A stretch of DNA of 64,000 nt from Candidatus Acidiferrum sp. (GCA_035635775.1 DASQAL010000008.1:158-64157), one strand, 5' to 3'. Counted from the first letter of the stretch, positions 1-9,439 are shown. Numbers and translations: made by a program. The notes: generated from the sequence alone by a model not told the origin.

Positions 1-1758
1 CTTCTCCTTTCGGGCCGGATCGCTGATGGGATAGCGCGAGATGAACGGATCCACGCGGAACTGAGGCGCGATCGCCAGCATCTGGTTCGAGATCTCGCGC
101 GCCTGGTCGATCTGCCCCACCGCCACCAGGCTGGCGATCAGCGGTCGCATGTTGGCCGTGAGGCGGGGACTCATGGCCAGCGTGCGGCGACCCCAACGGA
201 TCGCCTCCTCGTAAGTGGCGTTGATGTAGTGCGCGAGGGTGAGGGCCGTCTGGTAGAACGACGCGTGCGGGTCCAGGGGCGACAGCCGCAGGCCATGCTC
301 TGCGCGCTTGATGGCCGTGGGGCCGTCGCCTAGGTACGAATAGGTGGGGCTCGACAGACTCCATGCGATCGCGGAGTTGGGGCACCCTGTAGTGGCGCGG
401 TCGAAGGCCTCGATCGCCCGCTGGAAATTTCCGAAGAGGAAGGACTGCACGTGCCCGAAGATGGCGAGAGCCACCGGGTTGGTCCCGCTGCGGTCCAGCG
501 CGAGCGACGCGTAGCGCGCCGCCTCGGCGCTGTCCTTCGCCAAGTCCTCGTCGGCCGAGTAGCCCTGGCCGATGCGCACGATGTACCACTTGGCGAGCAG
601 GGCCCAGGGCAGCGCATACTGAGGATCACGCTCCGTCGCCTGCAGGAGTAGCGCGCGGGCGGCATCCATGTCCTTCGTATCGTAGCGATACAGGAGGTGC
701 ATCGCCTGCAGCACCAGCTCGTAGGCGTCTCGGCTGTCGGGCGGCTTGCGCAGGGCGCGTTGCAGGGCGGAGCTGTGTAGCTGCGGGAGGAGAGAACGGG
801 CGATCTTGGAGGCAACGGTGTCGTGCAGGACGAAGAGCTCACTGTTTGCCACATCGTAGCGGTCCGTCCACAGAACACGGCGCGACTCGACCTCACTCAG
901 CTCGGCTGTCACGCGCACGCGGTTCGCGGCGCGCGTAAAACTGCCGGTCACGAGGTACCGGACGCCGAGCTGCCGGCCGAACACCGCGGCGTCGCGCTTC
1001 CCCTCGGCAAACCCGACCGTCGAGCTGCTGGCGATCACGAACAGGTCCTCAAGACCGGCAAGCGACGCCACCACGTCGTGCACCATACCTTCGGCGAGGT
1101 AGCGGTCGGCGTCCTTCCTGGTCAACATGCGGAACGGGAGCACGGCGATGGACGGCTGGTGGGGCGTGGAGGGCAGGGAGGCGGCCGCTTCCTCCAAGAA
1201 GGAGTCTGTCGAGGGCGGGTGCCCCACGCGCTCGAAAACAACGCGGTACACGCGCACGGGCCGGGCGATATTCTTGACGACCTGCTCGCCGAGCGGCTCG
1301 TACTCGAGGGGAAGCTTGTTCTCGATCTGATCGTAGGCCGCACCGGACACGCAGATCCCACCGGGCTCGGCCAGGCCCTCCATCCGGGCCGCGATATTCA
1401 CCCCGTCCCCGTAGAGTCGATCACCCTCGACGATCACGTCGCCGAGGCTGATCCCGACCCGGAATTCCATCCGGCGCGCCTCCGGCAGCTTGGCGTTCCG
1501 GGCCCAGAGATCCTGCTGGATTTCGACCGCGGACTGAACGGCGTCCACGACGCTGCCGAACTCGGCGAGCAGATTGTCGCCGGACGCATCTACGACGCGA
1601 CCGTGGTGCCGTTGAACGAGATCGCCAATGACTCCGCGGTAACGCGTTAGGGTCCGAACCGTGGCGGCCTCATCCTCGCCCATCAGCCGCGAGTAACCCT
1701 TGACATCGGCGCTCATGAGCGCGGCTAGCCGACGGCTTGCGGGACCTGATGACGTCAA
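1..1758 (-). CDS. Class III adenylate/guanylate cyclase with TolB-N-like module and TPR-like C-terminal region (3' end lies outside the window)
   Basis: Translated by hand on the reverse strand. The frame is open from the stop at 1786-1788 to position 1, so it is absent from the ORF track. Sequence reads ..RRLAALMSADVKGYSRLMGEDEAATVRTLTRYRGVIGDLVQRHHGRVVD..RMEFRVGISLGDVIVEGDRLYGDGVNIAARMEGLAEPGGICVS (cyclase core), then HQPSIAVLPFRM.. and helical repeats. The only in-frame start after the upstream stop and before the conserved RRLAA is TTG at 1758. Confidence 0.8.
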   Translation of the reverse strand, partial: MTSSGPASRRLAALMSADVKGYSRLMGEDEAATVRTLTRYRGVIGDLVQRHHGRVVDASGDNLLAEFGSVVDAVQSAVEIQQDLWARNAKLPEARRMEFRVGISLGDVIVEGDRLYGDGVNIAARMEGLAEPGGICVSGAAYDQIENKLPLEYEPLGEQVVKNIARPVRVYRVVFERVGHPPSTDSFLEEAAASLPSTPHQPSIAVLPFRMLTRKDADRYLAEGMVHDVVASLAGLEDLFVIASSSTVGFAEGKRDAAVFGRQLGVRYLVTGSFTRAANRVRVTAELSEVESRRVLWTDRYDVANSELFVLHDTVASKIARSLLPQLHSSALQRALRKPPDSRDAYELVLQAMHLLYRYDTKDMDAARALLLQATERDPQYALPWALLAKWYIVRIGQGYSADEDLAKDSAEAARYASLALDRSGTNPVALAIFGHVQSFLFGNFQRAIEAFDRATTGCPNSAIAWSLSSPTYSYLGDGPTAIKRAEHGLRLSPLDPHASFYQTALTLAHYINATYEEAIRWGRRTLAMSPRLTANMRPLIASLVAVGQIDQAREISNQMLAIAPQFRVDPFISRYPISDPARKEK

Positions 1759-2127
1759 GCGGGGCCTCGCTGCTGTCCGGTCGCCTTAGGACTGTGGCCC
1801 TGCGGAACTGGCATGCGCTCGCCGGCCAGCGCGGGCGCGGGGCGGGAACAGCCTTCTCATCGAACTGCTCCTCTGGTAGATCCGGTCCAGGACCATCTCC
1901 CAGCCACTGAGAACCGCCGGGCAATGCGTCACCGGAAATCTCAGCAGGGAGGATAGCACAGGGCACTGTACATGTGCCTCTCCGGGCAGGCCGCGGCGCC
2001 CAACACAACGCTTCGGAGCGGCGAACCTGTTTCGGTCGGCCCACCCATCGCTTGGCAGGGCTGCGTGTCTTAGTCGCAACGTGTCCCTGCGGCCGAGTGG
2101 TCCTCAACGTCCCGAGTACCATGGGAA

Positions 2128-2614
2128 GAGTGGAAGTCGGCGTCCACGCCGAACTCGGCCGCGAGATCGAACACGATGTCGATGTGCCGGTGCGCGTCGG
2201 TGTCGTTATACGGCACGCTGGGATCCACCTCCGCGTGGCTCCGCATCGCGGTGGTGCCCTGGCGCACTACCAGGTCCAGCACGCGGCGCGCCCGCGCCTG
2301 GATGTCCTCGCGGGTGAACCCGCGCTTGGCCTCGCCGGTCACGCGGAGGCCTCGGCCAGCGAGCCTTCCCGGCCCGGTGCGCGCTCGCTCAGCAGCGCCT
2401 TGTCGAGATGGATGTGGGCGTCCACGAGCCCGGGTGTCACCGCCCGGCCCTCGCAGCGGATCTCGCGCGCGGCCGCGCGCCCCGCGAGCGCGCCGATCTC
2501 GTCGATACGGCCGGCGCGGCAGTCGACATCGGCTACGCGCCCGTCCGGGAGCCGGCACTCCCGAAGCAGCAGGTCGAGCGCCACGGTCATCGCGCGGCCC
2601 CGAGGGCGGAGCAA
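2128..2614 (-). pseudogene. Decayed paralog of the amidohydrolase at 9504-10691 (frameshift, internal deletion and 3' truncation)
   Basis: ORF 2339-2614 (MTVALDLLLRECRLPDGRVADVDCRAGRIDEIGALAGRAAAREIRCEGRAVTPGLVDAHIHLDKALL..) matches the N-terminus of the 395-aa protein. The match continues in another frame (..RVTGEAKRGFTREDIQARARRVLDLVVRQGTTAMRSHAEVDPSVPYNDTDAHRHIDIVFDLAAEFGVDADFH). A 1-nt loss lies near 2340. The segment EVDPIVGLMG...LVGGVPYNDT of the intact copy is collapsed to EVDPSVPYNDT. Similarity stops after GVDADFH. Confidence 0.8.
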
Positions 2615-2756
2615 TCGACCGCGGTCGTCTCCTCCCGCGACAGGACGAGGGACGTCGCGTGGAATCGACGACCATCGCCCCGTCCGGCCCGAGCGCGCGG
2701 AGCCTCGAGACGTTGTCGCCGGTCGCGGCGACCGGGGCGAGGAGAAGGCCAGGCCG

Positions 2757-3113
2757 TGGACACTCGTCTACTGCGACTACTTCGGGGCGGAGGTCGTCTG
2801 CGAGGCGGTGGGCAAGCCGGAGCTGGTCGGGGAGGCCTTCGCCCTGGTGAAGCCTACCGGCGTGCTGCAGCTGGTCGGGGTCAACCCCAAGGGCAGTCGC
2901 ATGCCGATGGATCTCTTCGACATCCACTTCCGCGAGATCCGCATCCACGGCGCCTACGGCCGCGGGACCGCCTTCCGCCGGGCCCTCGCGCTGCTGCCGA
3001 AGCTCGGCGTGAAGCGCCTGATCGGCGCGCGATTCCCCCTCGCGCGCATCGAGGAAGCCTTCGCGCACGCCGCGGCCGGGCGCGGCGCGAAGACCGTCAT
3101 CACGCCCGCGTAG
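2757..3113 (+). pseudogene. 3' remnant of a Zn-dependent (MDR family) alcohol/threonine dehydrogenase gene
   Basis: Only the tail of ORF 1974-3113 looks like protein: ..VYCDYFGAEVVCEAVGKPELVGEAFALVKPTGVLQLVGVNPKGSRMPMDLFDIHFREIRIHGAYGRGTAFRRALALLPKLGVKRLIGARFPLARIEEAFAHAAAGRGAKTVITPA. This is the typical C-terminal third of MDR dehydrogenases. Upstream of it the frame is Arg/Pro-rich nonsense, and no catalytic or N-terminal domain is present. Confidence 0.65.
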
Positions 3114-5355
3114 CCCGCACCTCGCGCACCGCCAGGTTGTTGTCGAAGGGCACGAGGTCCATCCAGTCCACCTGGGTGCCGGCGGGCAGGTCCTGGGTCA
3201 CCGCCCGGTCCTCCGCGCTCTCGACCACCACCAGGATCGCCTGCTTCCCGGCCGTGGTCGGCGTCCACGGGAAGGGGCCGACGATGACCCCCGCGGCCGG
3301 CGCGGCCGCGATCGTAGTCGGCATGGCGCCGGGTGGAGCGGGCAGCTCCGCCCAGTCCGCCGCCCACCCGCGCGGGCTGCCCGGCGCGCTGCTGAACGCC
3401 TTCACCGTGACCGGCCCGGAAGCGATCGCGCCGCGGTTCCGGACCCGCGCGAAGACGAATGCGGGCGTGCTCACGGTGACCTGCCCCTCGTGGTCGGCGG
3501 GCGTGCCGGGAGCGGCCACCGTTCTCACCCACACGTCGGGAGCGTCGCCGTGGCGCTCCTTCCAGAGGGTCTCACCGAACACGTCCTGACCGCTCACCGA
3601 CCCGTAGCCGCCAGCGCGGCCGTCGTCCACGTAGACATCCACCGGGGGCCGCGCGTAGCCCGGGACCGACCGCCGGCTGAACGTGTCGTCGATCACCTTC
3701 TGGTGCAGCAGGTCCGGATAGCGCCAGCCGCCGAGACTTGCGTCGGCCTCTCCGATCGCCACGGCCATCTGGGTGACGGAGGTGTTCTCCTTCGGGACGC
3801 CTCCGTTGGCGACGAGGTGGAGGCGGATGGTGAGATCGCGGGCCGCCGTGCGGCGGGCCACGCGGCTCGAATCGCCGCCGAGCTTCCGGTAGAGCTCGAA
3901 CATCGTCGAGCACCAGACCTCGCCTTTCTGGTAGCCGCCGAGAAGCTCGAAGGCCGGGCCGGACAGCGCCAGCGGGCTGTCGTAGCGGCGGCCCGCCCAG
4001 AACGCGTCATTGGCATTGCCGTCCCACGAGAACATGTGCCCCCGGGTCGCCGCCGGGTTCGCGTGCTTGTCGTCGTAGTAGACGGCGGCCAGGAAGTCGC
4101 AGAAGCCCTCCGAGACGCCGCTGGAGAAGTTCCCGTTCGCGGAGCCCGATTTCGCGGCGTCCTGCAGGAAGTGGCCGTACTCGTGGAGGACGATCATCGC
4201 GTCCGAGGCGTCGTCGACGCCGCCCTCACCGAAGGAGAGGCCGTTCGCGCCGCCGGTGGAGCCGTCGGCGCCGTTCTCGCCCTGCGGGTCCGCCCGCACG
4301 GACGAGCTACCCATGTCGGGGAGGCCGAGCTCGGTCTGGACGTACTGCTGGAACCGGTCGATGTGGAAGTACGCCATGACGTCGAGAAAGCTCCGGCTCT
4401 TGGCGCTGAAGACGAAGTGGCCGGTCGGGCTGGTCGGCTCGACGAGCTTCGGTTTCACGAAGTCTTCCATGTGCACCCAGGCGCCGTCGAGGCGGAGGCG
4501 GCCGTCGGCGGGCGCGGGATCGAGCCGCTCCAGCTCCACGCGGACCCGGTGGGCGTTGAGCGTGGCCGCCGGGGCCGTCGAGGAGAGGGTCAGGTCGCCG
4601 CTGCTCACGATCGGATTCGGATCGAAGACCGATCCCTTGCCCCGCGCGTAGGCCACGAGGTCCCGGACCTCGATCAGCCGCCCGGTCGTCGCGTCGATCA
4701 GCACTCGCCAGCGGCCCCTCGGCTGCTCGGTGCTGAGCCGGACGTCCCAGGCCAGGACGTGCTCGCCCGGCCGGGGCCGGCGTCCGCGGCCCCGGGCCAG
4801 CGCGTCGCGGACCCGCCGGAGGAACCGCGCGCGCGCTCCCGCGGGGCGCCGGCTGGGCTTCGGCGGCTTCTTCTCCACCGGCTCGTAACGGTGCACGATC
4901 AGCACCGGACGGCCGATGTCTCGGTGACGGTACGGCGTGGCGAGTCGGGCGACCTGCTCCCGGGCTTGCGCGGGCCCGATCCGGGCCTGGGCCGGATCGA
5001 GGGTGTCCGGGATATCGTAGTGGTACTGGTTGTACCCGGACAGCGCCCGCCCGTCCGCGGTGACGTTCACGATGATCTCGCTCACGTCGACCAGCAGGCC
5101 CTTGAACTCCTGGGTCAGGCGCACCGACCAGCCGTGGGGCCGCTCGACGAGCGCGGCATCGCGCAGATCGGGGAGCGTCGAGGGCCACCGGAAGACCTCG
5201 GCGCTCTGCCGCAGGAGCTGGCGGGCCACCTCCCGGGGAGCGAACGGCGGGCGCACCACCGGCGCAGCGGTCGGGTCGAACCAGCTCCGCGGGGCGCCGT
5301 TGGCCGGGTCGACGAGGACCCGCCCGAGGCGCCCGATCGGGCGCTTCGGGTCTAC
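3100..5355 (-). CDS. Gluzincin metallopeptidase, M36 (fungalysin)/M4-like, with propeptide-like N-region and C-terminal beta-rich domain
   Basis: HExxH motif (VLHEYGHFLQD) with the third ligand Glu 19-20 residues later (SEGFCDFLAA, compare fungalysin EGWSDF). The upstream region (APREVARQLLRQSAEVFRW..GWSVRLTQEFKGLLV) resembles FTP/PepSY propeptides. Third-position GC shows coding from codon GTA 5355-5353 onwards. The track start at 5664 lies in off-frame Arg-rich nonsense inside the upstream gene. The next canonical start is GTG at about 5255. The start is unresolved. Confidence 0.7.
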   Translation of the reverse strand, partial: VDPKRPIGRLGRVLVDPANGAPRSWFDPTAAPVVRPPFAPREVARQLLRQSAEVFRWPSTLPDLRDAALVERPHGWSVRLTQEFKGLLVDVSEIIVNVTADGRALSGYNQYHYDIPDTLDPAQARIGPAQAREQVARLATPYRHRDIGRPVLIVHRYEPVEKKPPKPSRRPAGARARFLRRVRDALARGRGRRPRPGEHVLAWDVRLSTEQPRGRWRVLIDATTGRLIEVRDLVAYARGKGSVFDPNPIVSSGDLTLSSTAPAATLNAHRVRVELERLDPAPADGRLRLDGAWVHMEDFVKPKLVEPTSPTGHFVFSAKSRSFLDVMAYFHIDRFQQYVQTELGLPDMGSSSVRADPQGENGADGSTGGANGLSFGEGGVDDASDAMIVLHEYGHFLQDAAKSGSANGNFSSGVSEGFCDFLAAVYYDDKHANPAATRGHMFSWDGNANDAFWAGRRYDSPLALSGPAFELLGGYQKGEVWCSTMFELYRKLGGDSSRVARRTAARDLTIRLHLVANGGVPKENTSVTQMAVAIGEADASLGGWRYPDLLHQKVIDDTFSRRSVPGYARPPVDVYVDDGRAGGYGSVSGQDVFGETLWKERHGDAPDVWVRTVAAPGTPADHEGQVTVSTPAFVFARVRNRGAIASGPVTVKAFSSAPGSPRGWAADWAELPAPPGAMPTTIAAAPAAGVIVGPFPWTPTTAGKQAILVVVESAEDRAVTQDLPAGTQVDWMDLVPFDNNLAVREVRATRA

Positions 5356-5978
5356 CGCTTCCGTCGCGCCGCGCCCTTCGACTTCTTGGACTTTGCCGGC
5401 TTCTTCTTCTTGGCTGTCTTCTTCGCCGGCGCCGCCGCGCCGCCTCCGCCCCCGAGGTTGAGCTGGATGCCCGCGTTGTTCTTCCCGGGGAGCAGGCTGA
5501 TGCCGAACACGTAGTTGTCGGTGGCGAACGTGTGGTTCGCGTGGGTGAACGCCACCGTGACGAGCTGGAAGCCGTTGGGATGCGCCGCGAACGGACTGAG
5601 GCGGAGCTTCGTCTTGAACTTGGCCCCGAACTGCGGATCGTAGTCGGCCAGGAAGGTCGCCCACCGCTCGTCCGATGCCTTGCCGAGCGTCGCGGTCAGA
5701 TCCTGCGCGATGGGGTCGTCGGCGGGCTGGACGTGGAGCGGCAGCAGCCCGTTGGGCCCGGGCTTGAAGCGCACCTCGAACAGCTCGACGGTCTGGGTCT
5801 GCTTGACGCGCAGACCCAGCTTGAGCTGGATCGCCTGAGCCGGCAGCGGGGTCTGGGCGTCGACGTCGCTCTCCTTCTCGATCTTGACGTTGCCCGGATT
5901 GCTGGGATCGGCGGGGTACTGCAGGCTCTTCTTCTTGATGACGAGCTTGTGCTGGCCGCCTGGCCTGTTCCCTGACAT
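5352..5978 (-). CDS. Hypothetical protein with histone-H1-like Lys-rich C-terminal tail
   Basis: 208-aa ORF with an ATG start. AAGGAGGG (revcomp of 5987-5994) lies 8 nt upstream. Codon usage is host-like (AAG Lys, G/C third positions). The tail reads GGGGGAAAPAKKTAKKKKPAKSKKSKGAARRKR. I recognise no family. Confidence 0.7.
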   Translation of the reverse strand: MSGNRPGGQHKLVIKKKSLQYPADPSNPGNVKIEKESDVDAQTPLPAQAIQLKLGLRVKQTQTVELFEVRFKPGPNGLLPLHVQPADDPIAQDLTATLGKASDERWATFLADYDPQFGAKFKTKLRLSPFAAHPNGFQLVTVAFTHANHTFATDNYVFGISLLPGKNNAGIQLNLGGGGGAAAPAKKTAKKKKPAKSKKSKGAARRKR

Positions 5979-6067
5979 GGCGTGCGCCCTCCTTCGGTTC
6001 GAAGTGGTCGCGAATCTACCCGGGGGACGCTAGCACGCGGGACGACGGCACCGCAAGACGGCTCGGC

Positions 6068-9000
6068 TCAGCCCCCGGCGAGGTCCGGGGCCAGCACCGA
6101 TTCCGCGCGAGTCCGCCAGTACTCCATGCCGATCGCGCGGAACAGGTCCCGCGCGGTCTGGATCTCGGCCTGCGCCTCGCGGTGGTGCCCGAGCCGCTGC
6201 GCGAGGGTCCCGAGTCCGAGGTGACACCGGGCCTGGAGCGGGCGCATCTCCAGCTCGAGCCCCCGGGCGAGGGCCTGGCGGTAGCTGGCCTGCGCTTCCT
6301 CGGCGAGCGGGGCGGGCTGGCTCGCCTCCGCCTCGCCCAGGAGCCGCAACGCCCAGGCTTCCGATCCGCGGCTCTTGATGTAGCGGGTCAGCTCGACGGC
6401 CCGCCGGGCCAGCGGCAGCGCGTCCTCCACCCGTCCGGCGGCCAGGTGGATCTCGGCGAGCACGCCCGTCCGCAGCCAGTGGCCGAGGGGATCACCCATG
6501 GCCACCGCCACGTCCACCGCCTCGTCGACCAGCTTCCGCGCGTCGGCGATCCGGCCGGACTGGGCGTAGGCCGAGCAGAGCGGCGTGACCACGTTCAGGA
6601 GCGGCGCGCGGATGTCCGCGCTCCGGCAGAGCGAGAGCGCGCTCTCGAGCTCGGCCACCGCGCGCGAGAGATCGCCCTGGCGCAGGTGGAGCGCGCCCAG
6701 GCCGAATCGGCTGAAGACGATGCTGTAGGGATGCTCGGCCGCCTCCGCCATCCGGGCGTTCTCCTGCCCGATCGCGAGGCCGTCGTCGAACTCGCCCAGC
6801 TCGGCCAGGCTCCACACGAGCACGGTGCGGGAATAGACCGCGGGCAGGACCGCCATGCCGTAGCGCTCCCGGACGAGGTCGCCGCGCAGGAGGGTCACGT
6901 TGCGCCGCGCCAGCTCCACCGCCGCGCGGTAGTCGCCCTGCCCGTAGCGCGCGAGGCCGAGGAACGTATGGGCCAGGACCTGCACCTCGACGTCGCTCAC
7001 GTCGCCCGCGATGGCGACGGCGCGCTGTCCGTACTCGATGGCCCGCCGGAGCTCGAGCATCACGGTGTAGAAGTTCGTCAGGAAGGCGGCCACCAGTCCC
7101 TGCCGGCGCCGGTCGCCCGCGGCCTCCGCGAGCCGCTCGGCTTCCTGCAGGTGGTCCTGCATCCGGGCGAACTCGGCTAGCGGGCTCAGCGAGGAGCGGA
7201 GGTCGAGGCGCAGGTCGATCGCCGCCCCCACCGAGTGCGGCGTCTCCGGGAGGTGCGTGAGCGCGGCGAGCGCGCGCTCGAACCACTCCACCGCCGCGCG
7301 ATGGGCCGAGCGCGCGAAGGCGCGCGCGCCCGCCTGGCGGCAATAGGTCAGCGCCTTGTCCCAGACTTCGCCGCGGAGGGCGTGGTGCGCGAGGCGCTCG
7401 ACCTGATCCGCGCGGGGCTCGGCGCCGAGCGCCTCCAGCGTCTCCACGATGCGCGCGTCGAGGGCGCGGCGCCGCTCCCGCAGCAGGCTGGCCGCGGCCA
7501 CCTCGAAGGTCAGGGTGTGCTTGAAGGTGTACTCGGGCGCGGGGAACCGCGGCACCTCGTAGAGCAGCTCGGCGGACTGGAGCCGGCGCAGGGTGAGCCG
7601 CAGCTGGTCCTCGCTCAGGTCGCTGACCGCGGCGAGCAGGAGCAGGGGCACGTCCTTGCCGATGACCGCCGCGGCCTGCAGGAGCCGCTTCTCCCGCGCG
7701 GGGAGGCGGTCGATGCGGGCGGCCAGGACCGCGTGGATGGTGGCGGGCACCTGCGCGTCGCGGACGGGCCGTGCTGGCCGGTAGGCGCCGCGCTCCCCGG
7801 CGAGCGCGCCCGTCTCCACGAGATGCCAGACGCTCTCCTCGAGGAAGAACGGGTTCCCCTCCGTCCGCTCGATGAGCTGGGCTCGGAGCGCGTCGAGGGC
7901 GGGGTCGCCGCCGAGCAGGGTGTCCAGCAGCGCCTGGGCGAGCCCGGGGGCCAGCGGCTCCAGCGAGATCTGGGTGTAGTAGCTCTTGCTGGTCCAGTCG
8001 TGCTCGAACTCGGGCCGCGAGCTGACCAGGCACAGGATCCGCGCGGTGGGCAAGCTCTCGATCAACCGGTCCAGCAGGGACTGCGACTCCGAATCGATCC
8101 AGTGCAGGTCCTCCAGCACGAGGCAGAGGGGCTGGGCCTGGCTCTCCCGCAGGAAGAGGCGCCTCAGGAACTCGAGGGTGCGTCGCCGCCGCTGGGTCGG
8201 ATCGAGCGCGTCCCAGGCGTCGTCGGCGACCGGGGCGTCCAGGAGCGAGAGCACCACTGGGAGACCGGAGGCCAGCGCGTCGTCGAGCCCGCGGATCCGG
8301 GAGCCGACCTTGTCGAGCACCTTGACGTCGTCGTCACCTTCCTCGATCTGGAAGTAGTCCCGCAGGAGGGCGACGATCGGGAGGTAGGGCGTCGCCCGTC
8401 CGTAGGACACGGTCGCCGCCTCGATCACCCGCCACGGGGGCGGCAGGTGAGTGTGGATGAACTCGTGGACCAGGCGCGACTTCCCGACCCCGGGCTCGCC
8501 GATGACGCAGACGATCTGCCCGTGACCGGCGCCGGCGCGCTCCGTCGTGCGGCGGAGCATGGCGAGCTCGGTCCCGCGCCCGACGAAGCGGGTGAGCCCG
8601 CGCATCGCGGCGGCCTGGAGCCGGGAGCGGGCCTGGCCGGGCCCGATCAGCTCGAAGGCCTCGAGCGGGTCGGCGAGGCCCTTGACCAACAGGGGCCCCG
8701 TCGGCTGCACGATGACGTGGCCCTGCACGAGCTGCAGCGTCTCGCGGGTGAGCAGGGTGCCGCCCGGCTGCGCGAGCTGCTCCATCCGCGCGGCCAGGTG
8801 CGTGGTCTGGCCGACCGCGGAGTAGTCCATGTGCAGATCGCCGCCGATGGCACGCACCACGACCTCGCCCGAGTTGATCCCGACCCGGATCCGCACCGGT
8901 ACCGCCAGGCCCGCGACCCCGGCCACGTAGCGCCGCACGGAGTCCTGCATGCGCAGCGCCGCGTAGCAGGCGCGGAGCGCGTGATCCTCGTGGGCCAGCG

Positions 9001-9439
9001 GCGCCCCGAAGAGAGCCATGATCCCGTCGCCGAGCACCTGGTTGACGGTGCCCTCGTAGTGGTGGACCGCCTCCATCAGGGACTCGAGGATCGGGTCGAG
9101 AATCTGCCGCGCTTCCTCCGGATCCCGGTCGGCCAGGAGCTCCAGCGAGCTCTTCATATCCGCGAAGAGCACGGTGACCTGCTTGCGCTCGCCCTCGAGC
9201 GACTCGCGCATGCTCAGCATGCGGTCGGCCAAGTGCCGGGGCGTGTAGGCGTGCGGCGAGGCGAAGCGGGAGCCCTCGGTCGGCCGCGCCCCGGTGGGCT
9301 CCGCGCACTCCGGACAGAAGCGGGCGGTCGGCGGCAGCGGACTGGCGCACCGGCGGCACGAGGGCGCCATCGACGCGCCGCATTCCGCGCAGAACTTCGC
9401 GTGAGGCTGGTTGTCCGCGTGACACTGGAGACACTGCAT
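6068..9439 (-). CDS. Multidomain signalling protein: double zinc-ribbon, class III cyclase, AAA/STAND-type ATPase and TPR
   Basis: 1123 aa. N-terminus MQCLQCHADNQPHAKFCAECG..CRRCASPL..RFCPECAEP (CxxC pairs). Cyclase core RKQVTVLFADMKSS..VLGDGIMALFGAP..RIRVGINSGEVV. Walker A IGEPGVGKSRL. Long TPR-like C-terminal half. Confidence 0.9.
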   Translation of the reverse strand: MQCLQCHADNQPHAKFCAECGASMAPSCRRCASPLPPTARFCPECAEPTGARPTEGSRFASPHAYTPRHLADRMLSMRESLEGERKQVTVLFADMKSSLELLADRDPEEARQILDPILESLMEAVHHYEGTVNQVLGDGIMALFGAPLAHEDHALRACYAALRMQDSVRRYVAGVAGLAVPVRIRVGINSGEVVVRAIGGDLHMDYSAVGQTTHLAARMEQLAQPGGTLLTRETLQLVQGHVIVQPTGPLLVKGLADPLEAFELIGPGQARSRLQAAAMRGLTRFVGRGTELAMLRRTTERAGAGHGQIVCVIGEPGVGKSRLVHEFIHTHLPPPWRVIEAATVSYGRATPYLPIVALLRDYFQIEEGDDDVKVLDKVGSRIRGLDDALASGLPVVLSLLDAPVADDAWDALDPTQRRRRTLEFLRRLFLRESQAQPLCLVLEDLHWIDSESQSLLDRLIESLPTARILCLVSSRPEFEHDWTSKSYYTQISLEPLAPGLAQALLDTLLGGDPALDALRAQLIERTEGNPFFLEESVWHLVETGALAGERGAYRPARPVRDAQVPATIHAVLAARIDRLPAREKRLLQAAAVIGKDVPLLLLAAVSDLSEDQLRLTLRRLQSAELLYEVPRFPAPEYTFKHTLTFEVAAASLLRERRRALDARIVETLEALGAEPRADQVERLAHHALRGEVWDKALTYCRQAGARAFARSAHRAAVEWFERALAALTHLPETPHSVGAAIDLRLDLRSSLSPLAEFARMQDHLQEAERLAEAAGDRRRQGLVAAFLTNFYTVMLELRRAIEYGQRAVAIAGDVSDVEVQVLAHTFLGLARYGQGDYRAAVELARRNVTLLRGDLVRERYGMAVLPAVYSRTVLVWSLAELGEFDDGLAIGQENARMAEAAEHPYSIVFSRFGLGALHLRQGDLSRAVAELESALSLCRSADIRAPLLNVVTPLCSAYAQSGRIADARKLVDEAVDVAVAMGDPLGHWLRTGVLAEIHLAAGRVEDALPLARRAVELTRYIKSRGSEAWALRLLGEAEASQPAPLAEEAQASYRQALARGLELEMRPLQARCHLGLGTLAQRLGHHREAQAEIQTARDLFRAIGMEYWRTRAESVLAPDLAGG

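Noticed and set aside
1961-1977. Near-palindrome ggcactgtacatgtgcc about 200 nt upstream of the first cyclase gene as a regulator binding site
   Set aside because: It is a single isolated occurrence in a degraded intergenic region, it is not perfectly symmetric, and no partner regulator or second site is present.
1974-3113. ORFs 1974-3113 + (379 aa) and 2070-3068 - (332 aa) taken at face value as intact genes
   Set aside because: Only short segments of each are protein-like: the dehydrogenase C-terminus and fragments of the amidohydrolase. The remainder is Arg/Pro-rich filler. They are better explained as chimeric open frames across gene remnants.
5352-5420. Programmed -1 ribosomal frameshift on the AAG AAG AAG AAG run that would fuse the 208-aa ORF to the protease
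   Set aside because: The run is not a slippery X XXY YYZ heptamer in the required frame, because AAG would have to re-pair on GAA. Codon usage also shows the Lys frame stays coding right up to its TAG. The frame switch is located at the stop itself, not in the repeat.
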